A stretch of DNA of 64,000 nucleotides from Octopus sinensis (GCF_006345805.1 NC_043006.1:32116001-32180000), one strand, 5' to 3'. Positions 13,648 through 28,499 are shown, numbered from the stretch's first letter. Translations and numbers: made by a program. The notes: generated from the letters alone by a model not told the origin.

Positions 13648-13660
13648 TCGCACATGCGCA
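13195..13660. repeat. Compound (TC)n(CA)n(TA)n microsatellite
   Basis: Direct reading. Confidence 0.95.
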
Positions 13661-14081
13661 CATATTATTGCACTGCACTGAATATCTGTTGAGAGATTCA
13701 GTTTCTTTTAGTAATTGAAACCCATTAAAGACTCATATTGTCTGAACACTAAGATGGCATTTTTATAAGCTTTTCATCTTCTTTACATATGAATAAACGT
13801 CAAAATATACAAATCCACGCATAAATCAGTCATGTAAAAAGAAGATAAAATGAAAACGATCACTTTAGAAATTATAGGTTCTGAGACGGTGAGTAGGGAA
13901 AAAAAAAATTCACTAAAATTCCAGGAAGATGTTTGTAAAATTTCTAAAAAGTTGCGGTGTTAGTTTGTTGTGAAAATATTGGCGTCCATTAGCTAATCCT
14001 ACCAGCGGAACATTACAGCACCAGCAATACATGCATATGTTTGTGTACACACGCACACCACACACACCACACACACACACA

Positions 14082-14128
<47 letters not shown>

Positions 14129-14252
14129 TGCATATGTTTGTGTATTTATATATGAATAACCACATATATGTACATATATAAACACATACACACACACATA
14201 TATATGCATATATACATATATGCACATACATTTATACAAATATATGTATATG

Positions 14253-14303
<51 letters not shown>

Positions 14304-14775
14304 AAAATATATAAATATATGTAGTCACAAATAACTGAATATATATGTACATACATATATATCGACACATACACACACACAATTATATGTATGTATGTAT
14401 ATATGTACGTGTGTACATGAGTGTTTGGACGTATACATACATATGATTGCATGTGTATGCAAGCACACACAGTTACTTACATACGCGCACACACACATGT
14501 ATATATGCACATGTGTGTGATTAGTTAATGCTGTTTGAATAATGCCAATATGAAAACTAGTCAATCCGTTTAACAACGAACAAATAACTCTTGGTTCATT
14601 CGGTTTGTCATGGTGGAACCGCAAACCGGTTAAAGTTAAGCTCCTCCTGCCAGCCGCTCTCAAAACGGTGTCGAGAATTTTCTTTTATCAGGCTGAAATC
14701 GCGTGGAAACCTTTCCTCTTCAGACTAGACATCTTCCTATTCCAAGACGGCATTTTTGAAAGGGATAAAGAACAG

Positions 14776-15000
14776 CAGTGTTGTCAAGCGGTGTTAGAGT
14801 GAGAGACACAAAGACGCACGCACACACGCGCGCGCGTGGCAGGCTTCTACACACTTTCCGTCTATCTAATTCACCCGTTAGCTTTTGGTGGGCCCAAGGC
14901 TATAGTGGAAGACACTCGTCCCAGGTGCCGTGCGGTGAGATTGAACCGGGGAGTACATGGCTTCAAAGCAAGCTTCTCAACCACACAACCATTCCTAAGA
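14776..15000 (-). mobile_element. SINE family B, diverged 5' half
   Basis: gttgtcaagcg..ggcttct..ccgtcta..ggctatagtggaagacact..ttctcaaccacac. Confidence 0.8.
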
Positions 15001-15004
15001 TTAG

Positions 15005-15312
15005 ATAATCACGGTGTCACGGTATCACCCAGACTATCGGATGTTGTTACACGTCGCCGGTCACAATGCGCTTCGCATCGTTTTAACCTTCGAATGAAGC
15101 CATCCTGCTAGCTAGGCGAGCAGGCCAAAATTCCCCCCGATCGGAAGACTATTCCACATCAGGGTTCCCCATTTACGGCTGACTGGACTGGAGCAACGAG
15201 AATTGAAGTGTTTTGCCCAAAAACACAACTCGTTGTCCGGTTCGGGAATCGAACCCACGACACAGCAATCGTGAGAGATGCATGACCTTAATCACCAGGC
15301 CATGCATCTTCA
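15005..15312 (-). mobile_element. tRNA/CORE-like SINE, group C
   Basis: tRNA-like head (gggaatcgaacc on +), central ctggactggagcaac..gaagtgttttgcccaa; tail shared with 51255-51572. Confidence 0.8.
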
Positions 15313-15928
15313 CACAAGATTATATGATACACAGCGAAAACACAAACAAGGAACTTAAAGGTTAGCAACAACAATACAAACAACATTCAGGTTATAAACA
15401 CTGAGCAGCAAAACAAAACAAAAAAAAAAACAGAAAAGAAAAGAAGCAAAAGAAACAAAATAAATAATAAAAACTCAGCAAAATCAAACTCTGGTAAGCT
15501 TAGGGAATATTGACCAATGAAAGGCGAAACAAGAACGCTATCAAGAAAAATATGAATGAAAGTAAATATCTGAAAGATCTAACAGTAGAAAATTCTAAAT
15601 CTGGTAAGTTTGAATACGCCAATCATCGAAAGAATTGAAATCGATCTGATAAACTTGACGATAAGATTTCAACAACAATTAAGAAATAGAAATAAAAAAA
15701 AGGAAAACAACAAAACTTCGTCAATTGGAAACGAACAGGAAGCAGATGGTAGCATCGATATTGACAGGATAAAGCGAGTAATCTGTGCTATAGCCAGAGT
15801 ATTCACAAAGGAAAGTGGCTAATTCTTAAAAGTCTACTCATATTGGAACAACTTAACCGAAGTCAACAAAATGGAAAACTGAGATATATATAGTTATATA
15901 TATATAATATATATATATATTATATATA

Positions 15929-15993
<65 letters not shown>

Positions 15994-16128
15994 GAGACAG
16001 AGAGAGGGAGAGAGAAAGAAATCTCTTAATCCCAAATGAAATCAACAACGAAAAGACGCAAGTGGAAAAATGGAAGAGATACAAATAATACAGGAATATA
16101 TATATATATATATATATATGTAATTATA

Positions 16129-16165
<37 letters not shown>

Positions 16166-16639
16166 TATATATATATATATATATTATATATATATATATT
16201 ATATATATATATATATATAAACGACAAAGAATAAGCATCCGATATCAAAGAACGTCTAAAACACAAGATCCTCGTTAATTCTCAAAGAATTTACCATTAT
16301 GAAAGCCAATAACTTTTGACTGAACAAAACAAACATCAAACATTTTTGTCAATAACTAAGTAAAAAAAATATAACAAATTCAACGTCAACAGCAAAAGAA
16401 TTTTTTATGGTAAAGAATTATTCTTTATTCGTTGACTGGGTTCAGTGATCAGGCTGCGGCCATGTTAGGGTTACAGCCATCACCAAAAAACAACTGTTGC
16501 TTGGAACGAATCTTCTGCATAATTCTTGGAATCTGGATGAGAAATGTTACCTTATTCCATCAGTTGTGGACAACTGAAAAGATGTTACATTGTCCATCGA
16601 AGTTGCTGTGTTATACAAGATGATAATAACGGTTTATCA

Positions 16640-16830
16640 GGAATTTTGGGGGCGGGTGTAAGTTGATGACATCAAACCCAGTGATTAACTGGTACTTGTT
16701 TCACCAACGCGGAAAGGATGAAAAGGTAAAGTCGACCACGGTGGAATTTGAACTCAGAACGTAAAGACGGACGAAATGCCGCCAAGCATTTTGTCCGGCA
16801 TGCTAACGATTCTGCCAGCTCGCCGACTTA
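16640..16830 (-). mobile_element. SINE family A
   Basis: Minus head gtcggcgagctggcagaatcgttagc (A box) and gagttcaaattcc (B box). Confidence 0.9.
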
Positions 16831-16865
16831 ATAATAAGGACAACAACAACAGCAGCAACAACAGC

Positions 16866-16929
<64 letters not shown>

Positions 16930-18896
16930 GCAACAGCAACAGCAGCAGCAGCAGCAGCAGCTTCAAATTTTAGCACAAATTTCAGAGAGGGATAAGTCTA
17001 CTTGAGGCACAAAGGTATCTTTCTACAACATGTTGCATAGTATATATGTGTATATAGTGGTAACAAGTTTGTATTTATATACACATCACTGCTTAGCACT
17101 GTCACCCTGAATGCTATTTATAGCGCAACCAGTCATTGAACGCTGAGGAAATATCATAAGCAGGACCTGCCTCTCATGTCAGTTTGCAGCATCTGCCTTC
17201 CTGACCTCTGCTGCTGAAGAGGAGATAACAACTCTGAAATGCACGCATCCAACAGTCTTGTCAGGGGATGTTGTGAACTGACTTAGTGTATTTCCACCTA
17301 TTTGTCTACATCAAGAAATTCTTCCCATCACAAAATGCAGTCAGTAGCCTTCCTTCGGGTTCGAATATATCTCAAGCATATTTGAACTGGTAACAAGTTT
17401 GTATATGTGTATACAAACGTGTCACATTTGTAGTTTTCATTTACTGGAAACTATGCTAACATTATTGAATACCCAAAGAGGAAAGGTAGCACAAGATGAG
17501 GCCACATAAGGTCTCAGAGAAAGTTAAAGTCCCTATACTTAGGGACATGTTAGCTGATACAAAGACATCATAAAAATCAACCAGCTGTTTTTCACTAAAG
17601 CTCACCATAAGAGGAAATATTTTTCTCCTCATTGAATTAATGTTAATAGACGACAACACACATTTGAACGACATGGAGAATCTCTGCAAATATTAACGTC
17701 TGAAAATAGAAATAATCAGAATTTAGGGATTGAAAACTGAAAATAACACAAGTGCCGATGGAATTGATAAAAAAAGTGAAGCAGACAAATATTTAACAGC
17801 CCCACGACGGACTTATACACACACAGCATACAGAAAATAGCACTACAAGGCACAGCACGCATATATAGAATTCTTTAAGTAGACTAGAAAATATGAAAAC
17901 AAAGCGAAACATTGCACGTCCCCTAAGCACTTAAATGCACTGAGTTTTGCAGTGAAATCACACAATAAAAATGACTGCAAAAATAAAGGTAAATTGTAAA
18001 TTTTGTATGTTTTCTATTGTCGTTTTTAACAAAGCATATTTTACAAATGAAAGTCAACAAAGTTTAAATACTTCTAAACTTATTACTACTATGTGTGAGT
18101 ATTAATATGATGTTTAAAATTAAATTGAAACATCACATGCAATAAATTCCCAAGTTATTATTGAAATAATTATTATTGGAGAAAAACCTTATTATTATTA
18201 TTTGATAAATATTTAAAACTGCTGATAGCATTATCAGCCAGACAAAACTTTGTAATGTTATACGCATACACGCGCACGAGATACAAAATATCGTACCCTT
18301 TGTATTATTTATTGATGTGCTAAGCAGCGTCTTTTGAGAAATATAGATTCCTATTAAGCACACTCTGTATTAAGAACAACTTTCAGCCATCGCTGCCGGG
18401 ACAAACATAAACAGACATTTTCTTCGTGGACAGAAAAATAGGGAATTGGCCGTACCGGTTTCGGTTCTAATTTGGACAATTCTTCAGAGACCACATAGCT
18501 GCTTGTTATCTACCCACGGAGTGATTGCATACATAACCATAACAATTAAAAACTTCACTAAATAGGAAAATTCGATTCGTATAAACAGTGTTTTACTTGC
18601 TGTTGGTTCAATGAATTAATCATTGATGCAATGAGTTTTGTGTGTGACGAAATGTCAAAATTTGTTTTTAGAAAAATCTGATTTGCATAAAGAACGACTT
18701 GCTGGCAGCTGGATTAATTAATTATTGATACGCTAAGCTGAGTGTACTGGCTAGTAAATATGTGCTATAGAGTTACTCTATATTTAGAAAAAGAAGGAGA
18801 AGAAGAAGAAGAAGAAGAAGAAGAAGAAGAAGAAGAAGAAGAAGAAGAAGAAGAAGAAGAAGAAGAAGAAGAAGAAGAAGAAGAAGAAGAAGAAGA

Positions 18897-19760
18897 CTTA
18901 AATGTCCCAAACTTGGAACTTCCGAAAGTGCTCGTGAATAGTCTCTGTGTTGGACTAAACACGAGTCCTGTCATGTCCTCTAAGTCGTTCACATGTAGTT
19001 CTTAACAGAGTTTTGGCTTGTTTTCACCAGCAGACAGTCATTTAAGTGATTTACAAAATATAACCCTATTTCTTACTGAAGTAGAAAGTTGCACCACCAT
19101 CTTCCTTCAAGTAGTTCGGACGATCAAACGGCTTTCGTTAACAGTAAATTTCATGACTTACTGGGAGGAGGTATGGGTCTTGCTTGTCTTCGGTTTGAGT
19201 GATTTTTCTTCATCTGTGTTGTTTCTGTTTTTTTCCTCTTATCCCCAACAACTTAGAAATCTTTTTCTCTCGTCATTCTCTCCCCATAGCTAACAAAGGA
19301 TATAGTAGTACTACTAGAAAATGGATCCTCAGTTTTCTAGTCTTCAGCTTTGAAGATGAGATGATTTTCCCTCATTTTTTGGAATTGTCACCGAAGGTAC
19401 TTTGAAAACAGCAATTTCTGGGGCTTGCCAAGGGTTTCTGTCCCTGTTATTGTCAGCTACCCTTTATCCTGCTGTGATATTTAGCTCCCCTGAGAAAGAA
19501 TCCTTCAAATGCCTCTTACCCAACACGTAAAACCACAAGACTTTCTGTCTTGCAACGCGTCTCTAATCGCTTTTTTGGGCTTTCTTCTTAAACACGGCTC
19601 CGAAACAGTTTTGTGATGTTCGGAGGTCATTAGGACTTTCGACAAAAGCCACATTATTACAAATGTCTTTGGCCGTTATCTTTTATTGTAGTCGAATTTC
19701 GTCTCCTTACAAACTGGGGACCAACTTCTGTAGAAGTATGTGCAACGCTTTTCCAGTTTG
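18897..19760 (-). mobile_element. Decayed RTE-like LINE 3' portion ending at a (TTC)n tract
   Basis: Minus fragments VAFVESPNDL, KTRKLRIHF.V..YPLL..GE, ELLEG; abuts the (GAA)n array at 18797-18896. Confidence 0.5.
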
Positions 19761-19799
19761 CTTTATTGCTTTTTTATCTAGCCAATAAGATAAGACATT

Positions 19800-20195
19800 A
19801 TATATGGAATGGAAGCACTCCGTCGGTTACGACGATGAGGGTTCCGGTTGATCCGAATCAACGGAACAGCCTGCTCGTGAAATTAACGTGTAAGTGGCTG
19901 AGCACTCCACAGACACGTGTACCCTTAACGTAGTTCTCGGGGATATTCAGCGTGACACAGAGAGTGACAAGGCCGGCCCCTTGAAATACAGGTACAACAG
20001 AAACAGGAAGTAAGAGTGAGAGAAAGTTGTGGTGAAAGAGTACAGCAGGGATCACCACCATCCCCTGCCGGAGCCTTGTGGAGCTTTTAGGTGTTTTCGC
20101 TCAATAAACACTCACAACGCCCGGTCTGGGAATCGAAACCGCGATCCTACGACCGCGAGTTCGCTGCCCTAACCACTGGGCCATTGCGCCTCCAC
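19800..20195 (-). mobile_element. SINE group C variant
   Basis: Well-preserved tRNA-like head (gggaatcgaaaccgcgatcc..ctaaccactgggcca on +); tail homologous to 63570-63745. Confidence 0.88.
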
Positions 20196-20730
20196 AAGAC
20201 ATTATATATATACTTTAAGCAATTGTCAACAATGGTTCGCCTGCTTGTTATACAAAATATACAAACAATGTGAGTTATGTCATTTTGCTGTTGGCTGGTT
20301 GTGTTTTGTATGTGTTGTGTGAGTTATTTTGTGTGCTTTAGTACCAAATAGTAATAATGTAGAGTTTGTGTTATGTGAGCTGTGTTATTGGGTGGCAATT
20401 GCTTAAAGCATATGTAAAATGTCTTACTTTCGCAGACTTTTATTCGTTCCCGAAGTTAAAGAAGAGCCGCTGATATCAGCTGATAAAAGTATCATAGAAC
20501 CTCGGCCACGTGATCTGATCACGGCCCGCGAAAACACGTTGCAGAAGACTTTAACAGACTGGTTTATAGATTGTCTAAGGAACTGTTTTCAAGGACACAA
20601 ATCTGATTAAAACGTAAATAATGAAACAACTATTGTTTTTAGCTGTCTGGTTTCCTTTTGAATAGACCTCCTGTATGCCACGCACGAATATATATGTGTG
20701 TATTTACATACATATATCGTATATATATAT

Positions 20731-20819
<89 letters not shown>

Positions 20820-20824
20820 TTAAA

Positions 20825-21814
20825 TGAATGAATGAATTATCCTTTGTTTACCGTTAACATGGAAAATTCAATAAACAGCTACCAGGGTAGCAAAATCCAC
20901 GCAAGTAACACAGAGGAAGCGACCTATTCAAAGGTAGAAACTCCGGGTTAATGAGCAGTACTTTGTGATTTATAAGTAAATAAATGGGGTTGCACGAAGT
21001 TGTTATTAAAATTCTTTTACTTTCGACATATGTTTCGAAGACAACATGGTTTTATTCCAAAGGAATAAACAGTGTAAAATGCAATCTTCTCATCAGTTAA
21101 AGAAAGAGAGCCTGTCTCAACAACAAGACATTATGACAATTACGATGACTGCCTAAATGATAAACAGAACGTTATTAAGTATTTAAAAAACGTTAGTGGA
21201 TTTGACGTCAAAGGCAGATACCAGGAAGAGAAGGGTAAAAGAAATAATAAGTAGAGAACAAATAAAGAGGGATACGCTGGTTGATAAAATGTTCAAAGGC
21301 TTAGAAGTAGATTTCTCTATTGAAGTAAAGTGCAAGTTAAACTAACTGTTCAAACTATGAAGACTGGCGAAATCACTTATATGAGTTAAATGTATGTTTC
21401 TGCCAGTGTTTACATTTGTAAGATCGCTCTATAAGTGTGTTAACAAGGTGATTCTTAGAGAAGAGAATATAGAAGAGTTCAGAGTTGCAAATGTTACAAA
21501 ATCCCTTGCCCTTATCGTAAGGAAAAGATATGGACAGGATGAACCAATCTAACTTAAAATCTTTATTGTTGTCTTTAAGATGCCAAACCAATTTACTTAG
21601 CCCTGTGTTATGGCGTTTTCTGCTATCCCTAAATGATGAATAATGATTTGAAATTCTCTTAGATAACTGGGAAGAGGATGCGCCTATGTAGAAATAGACA
21701 TCGGTACCGGAAGAAATTTTACACTGGTATATAGAATTCTTGATCTTAGAATTATTAGACATAAATTATTCTGTTGGGATTGTCCTCAGAGATCAAAGCC
21801 ATGTTTTTATTGCT
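20825..21814 (-). mobile_element. Penelope-like element, GIY-YIG endonuclease region plus 3' pLTR
   Basis: ORF 21373-21762: SIYQC..FYIGASS..KRISNH.SSFR..TGLSKLVWHLK..W.IL..CNICNSE..CKH, i.e. GIY-YIG with CxxC..CxH. Confidence 0.85.
21020..21105 (-). ncRNA. Type I hammerhead ribozyme motif in PLE pLTR (sense strand)
   Basis: CTGATGA at 21096-21090; stem II GAAGA/TCTTC; GAAAC-ATAT-GTC at 21036-21025; 3' stem I GAAAG. Stem I has mismatches next to the core in this copy. Confidence 0.75.
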
Positions 21815-21815
21815 A

Positions 21816-21940
<125 letters not shown>

Positions 21941-22018
21941 TTATTCTATTATTATTATTATTATTATTATTATTGTTGTTGTTGTTGTTGTTGTTGTTAT
22001 TATTATTCTATTATTATT

Positions 22019-22203
22019 CTATGTTTGACTTTTGCTTTATATTTGTACAAGTTGGCTCCAAGTCTCACCCAGTGACCTCAAGAGACAACAGGTTGGAAGT
22101 TCATGTTGTTGTTATGCCTAGTGTGCCATATATTGGAGGGGGGAGTTTTTGGTGTTGTACTAATGAATGTCTAAAAAAAATTTTTTTTAAACCGAAAATT
22201 ATG

Positions 22204-22208
<5 letters not shown>
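22019..22208 (-). mobile_element. Second R4/Dong-like copy, 3' UTR only
   Basis: Direct repeat of 22237-22440, bounded by (ATT)n on both sides. Confidence 0.8.
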
Positions 22209-22236
<28 letters not shown>

Positions 22237-22667
22237 CTATGTTTGACTTTTGCTTTATATTTGTACAAGTTGGCTCCAAGTCTCACCCAGAGACCTCAAG
22301 AGACAACAGGGTTGGAAGTTCATGTTGTTGTTATGCCTAGTGTGCCATATATTTGGGGGGTGGGGATGTTGTACTAATGAATGTCTAAAAAAAAAAAGTT
22401 TTTTTTTTTTTTTTTTTTAAACCGAAAATTATGGTTGTTTTAAACCTTGAGGTTACATAGAGAGTATTTTGCGTAGGATATGAGCAGTTCCCATGAGCAC
22501 TATCTTTTGAACTTCTGCCATTTTTGGGTTTCCTGGTATCTGAGTTAGGTAGCTATCAGCCCCTTTTGCTATCATTCCCAGGGCACCTATGACAACAGGT
22601 ATTGTTTTAGTCTTCAGCTTCCACATTTTGCTGATTTCTATTTCAAGATCTTTATATTTGCTCAGTC

Positions 22668-22668
<1 letters not shown>
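22237..22668 (-). mobile_element. R4/Dong-like retrotransposon 3' end (RLE C-terminus and 3' UTR) inside (AAT)n
   Basis: RLSKYKDLEIEISKMWKLKTKTIPVVIGALG..VQKIVLMGTAHILRKILSM* (stop at 22453); arrays at 22669-22760 and 22209-22236. Confidence 0.88.
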
Positions 22669-22745
<77 letters not shown>

Positions 22746-22764
22746 CATTATTATTATTATTTTT

Positions 22765-23180
22765 ATGTGAGGGGTTGGAATTAACAAGATTAATGTTGGA
22801 ACTCCCAGAAAATGAACTTTTATTTAGCAGATTGGTATTGTGAGAAGATATAATTTGTGAAAGATTCTTTGTGTTGGAGAAGGCGACTCTAACTATATGA
22901 AAGTTAATAATCGAATAATATCTATAATTTTTTGGAAAGTACTTACCAACCACTTCACGGAATAGCAAAGGAAGATTCGATTTAATTTGTTTTCCAAACG
23001 GAATTAAAAACCAGATATTTTTCCTAGTAACATTCAAATTGTAAGTGATATTATCTTTAAAGAAAGGTGAAAAACCACTAGAGTGAAAATTTGAGCTTAA
23101 ATAACGCTTGCCTCCCTTCCTCCGTAAATGATTTATATTATGTATTGTGTTGTTTAAGATATAAGAATTAAATTCTAGAG
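22765..23180 (-). mobile_element. Penelope-like element, RT-to-endonuclease linker region
   Basis: RKNIWFLIPFGKQIKSN..FREVVGKYFPKN..RVAFSNTKNLSQIISSHNTNLL resembles the PLE block IWFNPPY..KHFP..SYSC..N+..II..HN. Confidence 0.75.
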
Positions 23181-23690
23181 TCTCTTCTCTAAGAATCACC
23201 TTGTTAACACACTTATAGAGCGATCTTACAAATGTAAACACTGGCAGAAACATACCTTTAGCTCATATAAGTGAATTTGCCAGTCATTATAGTTTGAACA
23301 GTTAGTTTAACTTGCACTTTACTTCCATAGAGAAATCTACTTCTAAGCTTTTGAACATCTTATCAACCAGCGTATCCCTCTTTATTTGTTCTCTACTTAT
23401 TATTTCTTTAACCCTTCTCTTCCTAGTATCTGCCTTTGACGTCAAATCTACTAACGGTTTTTTTAAATACTTAATAACGTTCTGTTTATCATTTAGGCAG
23501 TCATCGTAATTGTCATAATGTCTTGTTGTTGAGATAGGCTCTCTTTCTCTCCTGATGAGAAGATTGCATTTTACGCTGTTTATTCCTTTGGAATAAAACC
23601 ATGTTGTCTTCGAAACATATATCGAAAGTAAAAGAATTTTAATAACATCTTCGTCCAACTCCATTTATTTACTTATAATACACAAAGTAT
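23181..23690 (+). mobile_element. Inverted pLTR of the same PLE
   Basis: Reverse complement of 20958-21468 with high similarity. Confidence 0.9.
23547..23628 (+). ncRNA. Type I hammerhead motif, second copy
   Basis: CTGATGA at 23552-23558, GAAAC ATAT ATC at 23612-23623, GAAAG at 23624-23628; a G>A change removes one stem III pair. Confidence 0.65.
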
Positions 23691-23835
23691 ATATATATAT
23701 ATATCTATATATATCTATATATACATCCCCTCTCCCTAATATATATATATATATATATAATATATATATATATATATACACTGCGTTTTTGGATTTGGTT
23801 TGCAAGATTCTTTATGTGAGTTTGTGTGTTGAAGC

Positions 23836-24016
23836 ATATATTGCTGTGTCTGGGGAGAGTCAGTCTCTTTTGGCGCCTTATAATTTAATACACTCACCGG
23901 TAAAAATAAATAAATAAATAAATAAATAAGTAAATGAGTGGAAACTTTACCGGTGAGTGTGTTAAATAATGAGGCACAAAAAGAGAATAACTCTCCCCAG
24001 ACACAGCACTAATATA
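23836..24016. repeat. ~180-bp hairpin: ~68-bp inverted arms with an (AAAT)n loop
   Basis: gctgtgtctggggagagt..cactcaccggtaaa versus tttaccggtgagtgt..actctccccagacacagc. Confidence 0.85.
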
Positions 24017-24239
24017 TATGTATTATACAGAGGTAAAAACAATCTATGATAATCTATTATACATGCAAGGACTGGCACGCCAAATACATTAAATATGATA
24101 TTTATGTGAATACAAATATCAATTTACCTAGTATATATCGCCGTATAATCATAATTCATATACGCGCACTTACGTATACATTATCCCCCTCTCTCTTTCT
24201 CTCTCCCTCCTTATATAAACATACATATACACATAAATA

Positions 24240-25640
<1,401 letters not shown>

Positions 25641-25948
25641 ACATGTCTGTGTGTGTATGTTGAGAAAGGATTTGTGTGAATGAAAGAAAGGAAGAAAAAA
25701 AAGAAAGAATGGAAACCACAATGATAAACAAAATACCAGAAATATTATTATTGATAAATTTGTGTACAACGACAGACAACGACAATAAAATCAATATTTT
25801 GAATGTATTCAATCAAGTTATTGATCTCCTCTCCCTCTTTTTTTCGTTCTACCACCTTTCTAACATTTAACTGTTTGTCTGTCTGTCCGTCCGTCCGTCC
25901 GTCCGTCCGTCCGTCCGTCCGTCCGTCCGTCCGTCCGTCCTTCTGTCA

Positions 25949-26028
<80 letters not shown>

Positions 26029-26044
26029 CTCTAACTATCTGTCT

Positions 26045-27497
26045 CGAGCGGAGGTGGCGAACACATACATCGCGTCCGTCATCTACTACCGTCTGACCGT
26101 CGTACTTTGTCCCGACCCTACCATCACCAAACTACAACGCATCCTCTTTCGCTTCTTGTGGAAAGGATGCGTCCCGATGGTCAGGCGATCCATTTGCTGT
26201 CAACACCCGTTAAAAGGAGGGCTGGGCATGCCGTGGTTGATGATGCGCAGACACGCGCTGAGACTGCGACATCTCTGGCTCTATGTAGACGACGGTGAAC
26301 AGGTGTGGTCGCCATTTGTGAGGCACGCTTTCCCGCAGCTCGTCTCCATGACCGAACTGCAGTCGTGGATCAAAAGAGGCCGAGGAAGGGCGAATGGCAC
26401 CGCGAGTGTCGCGTTGCTCTCAAGCAACTCTGCCGTCCTGGGTCGACCTTAAGTGACTTCAACACAACCAAAGCATTCTATAGGGGTTTAGTGGAGGGGA
26501 GGTACGACGACGAGCTCGGGGCGAACCTGGACGTCGACGAGGAGTACCTGACCCGCCTGTTCAGGACGACTTTCGGGCCAGGGCCCATGGACAACTTCCA
26601 GAGATCCCTGGCCTGGCAGTGCTACCGAGAAGCGCTACCCGTTCGGGATAAGCTCTACAGACACGGCTCGAGAAACACGGGGCCGACCTGCCCGAGATGC
26701 GGTCAGAGCGACGAAACCGTTCTGCACGCACTCGTTCAGTGTCCACAAAATTTCTGACCTGTGGGCTTATGTCGAACAACTGCTGTCACGTGTGGGACGA
26801 GTCGTTTATCAGCTGAGTCTATCGTCAATATTGTCACGCCTCCTTCCTTCAAACGGGAAGGAAGGAAGAGTATTTTCATCATCCTTGTGGCTATGGCGAA
26901 AGAATGTATCTGGTGGACGCGTCTGAAAGGATTGGAGACAAACACTTTCCTCTCTGGTCAATCTCTCATCAACTTCTTCAAGTACCACTTGAAAAGGAAA
27001 GTGAGAGTAGAGAGGCAAGTTTTGTCTAGCGAAATGTTTTAAAAAAAGATGGGTGAATGTAGAAGAATGGCACGTATGAATGACGAAGCCACCTTGAGCA
27101 TAGTCCTATGAACCAGAAATCGAAAACAGAGAGTTGTTATTTGCAAAAAGAAAAAAAAAAAAGAAATATAAAATGTGACTTCATGACCGAGGTTACCGTG
27201 GTCTTTTCCGTAGGCTTTTCTTTCCACGGGTAAACCTCACCTGTCCTCCCCTTTACACTTCATATTGACATTTCTGTGATAACGATCCCTATTGATCAAT
27301 TTTTTTTTCCTCTCTCCCTTTTTTTTAACCCCCCCTTTTATTTGTCCTCCTTCTCTCCTTTTACGATCCCTTTTGATCGAAACTCCCCCTTCCTTTTTTT
27401 TATTTTTTTATTTTTTATTTTTTTAAACCTTCAAAAGAAAAGCTCTACCTTGTAATTTGTTCTATCTGTGTGCAGCCCTGTGTGGCTAATAAAGAAA
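26045..27497 (+). mobile_element. Tx1-type (L1 superfamily) LINE, 5'-truncated, flanked by (TCTA)n
   Basis: Frameshifted ORF2 C-terminus: LFRFLWKG..PLKGGLGMP..RDKLYRHG..CPRCGQSDETVLHALVQCP (CCHC), stop near 27109-27111, T-rich 3' UTR, AATAAA at 27488. Confidence 0.92.
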
Positions 27498-27499
27498 CA

Positions 27500-27576
<77 letters not shown>

Positions 27577-27584
27577 GTCTGTCC

Positions 27585-27697
<113 letters not shown>

Positions 27698-28499
27698 CAA
27701 ACATTGTTGCTTTCCTGTCATTTTCACTCGATTTTAATCTTGAAATTGTTTAAGTAAAGTTGATTGTGTTGTCTGTTAGAAAGGGAAATAAAATTTTATT
27801 TGCAAATATTGAAGATCCTAAAACGTAGAAAAAATTTTTTTAAAAGTAAACAATGCGCCAGCATGGCCGTTGTCTGCAGTAAAGTTACTGAAACATGGAA
27901 AAGAATAAAGAAGATAAAAAAAAGACAGGAGAGACGGAAGTAAATGAGAGAAAATAGAGAATGTGACGAGAATAGTAATATAATTAAAGAGAGTGATAGA
28001 TAGAGATATAGAGAGAAAGAGAGGGAAAAGCATTGATGTGAGATGGGCAGCAGAAGCGGTTGAAGGCTTTTCATTGAGGTAAATGCTTTTCATGACGCAG
28101 AAAGAACGTTCGCTTTTAGTGAAAGTCCTGCTCGATCTGACCTGAACTGGGACTAAAGAAGGAAAAGAACAAAAACAATCTGAGCAGCCTGTTGTTCGTA
28201 ACTCGTCGCTGGTATTGCATCGACAGCCCATCTACGTGTAAGCAAGCAGTGCGTGGAGAGAAGTAAAACTGACGAGTGTTTCGTTACTTTTCAGGGTTGT
28301 GTTCGATTTTTCCAGAGTTTAGCCAGGTTGAGTAGCCACAAGCAGCAAGATCTGTATTGGTGTCCTTACGAAATGTGAGTTACGAGATACACCACGATAT
28401 TAGCGTTGTTTAGCTGTAACCCCAAGGCAAAACTAATGAAGCAGACTAGTCTATGATCAAAACACTCCAGCAAGGCCCATCTCGCCTTTCTTTTAGTAA

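Noticed and set aside
18445-18492. Hammerhead-like CTGAAGA..GAAACCGGTA on the minus strand
   Set aside because: No credible stem I or stem II pairing.
22453-23253. 266-aa ORF as a functional host gene
   Set aside because: It is a patchwork of antisense pLTR, PLE linker, (AAT)n and a truncated RLE; kept only as a structural finding.
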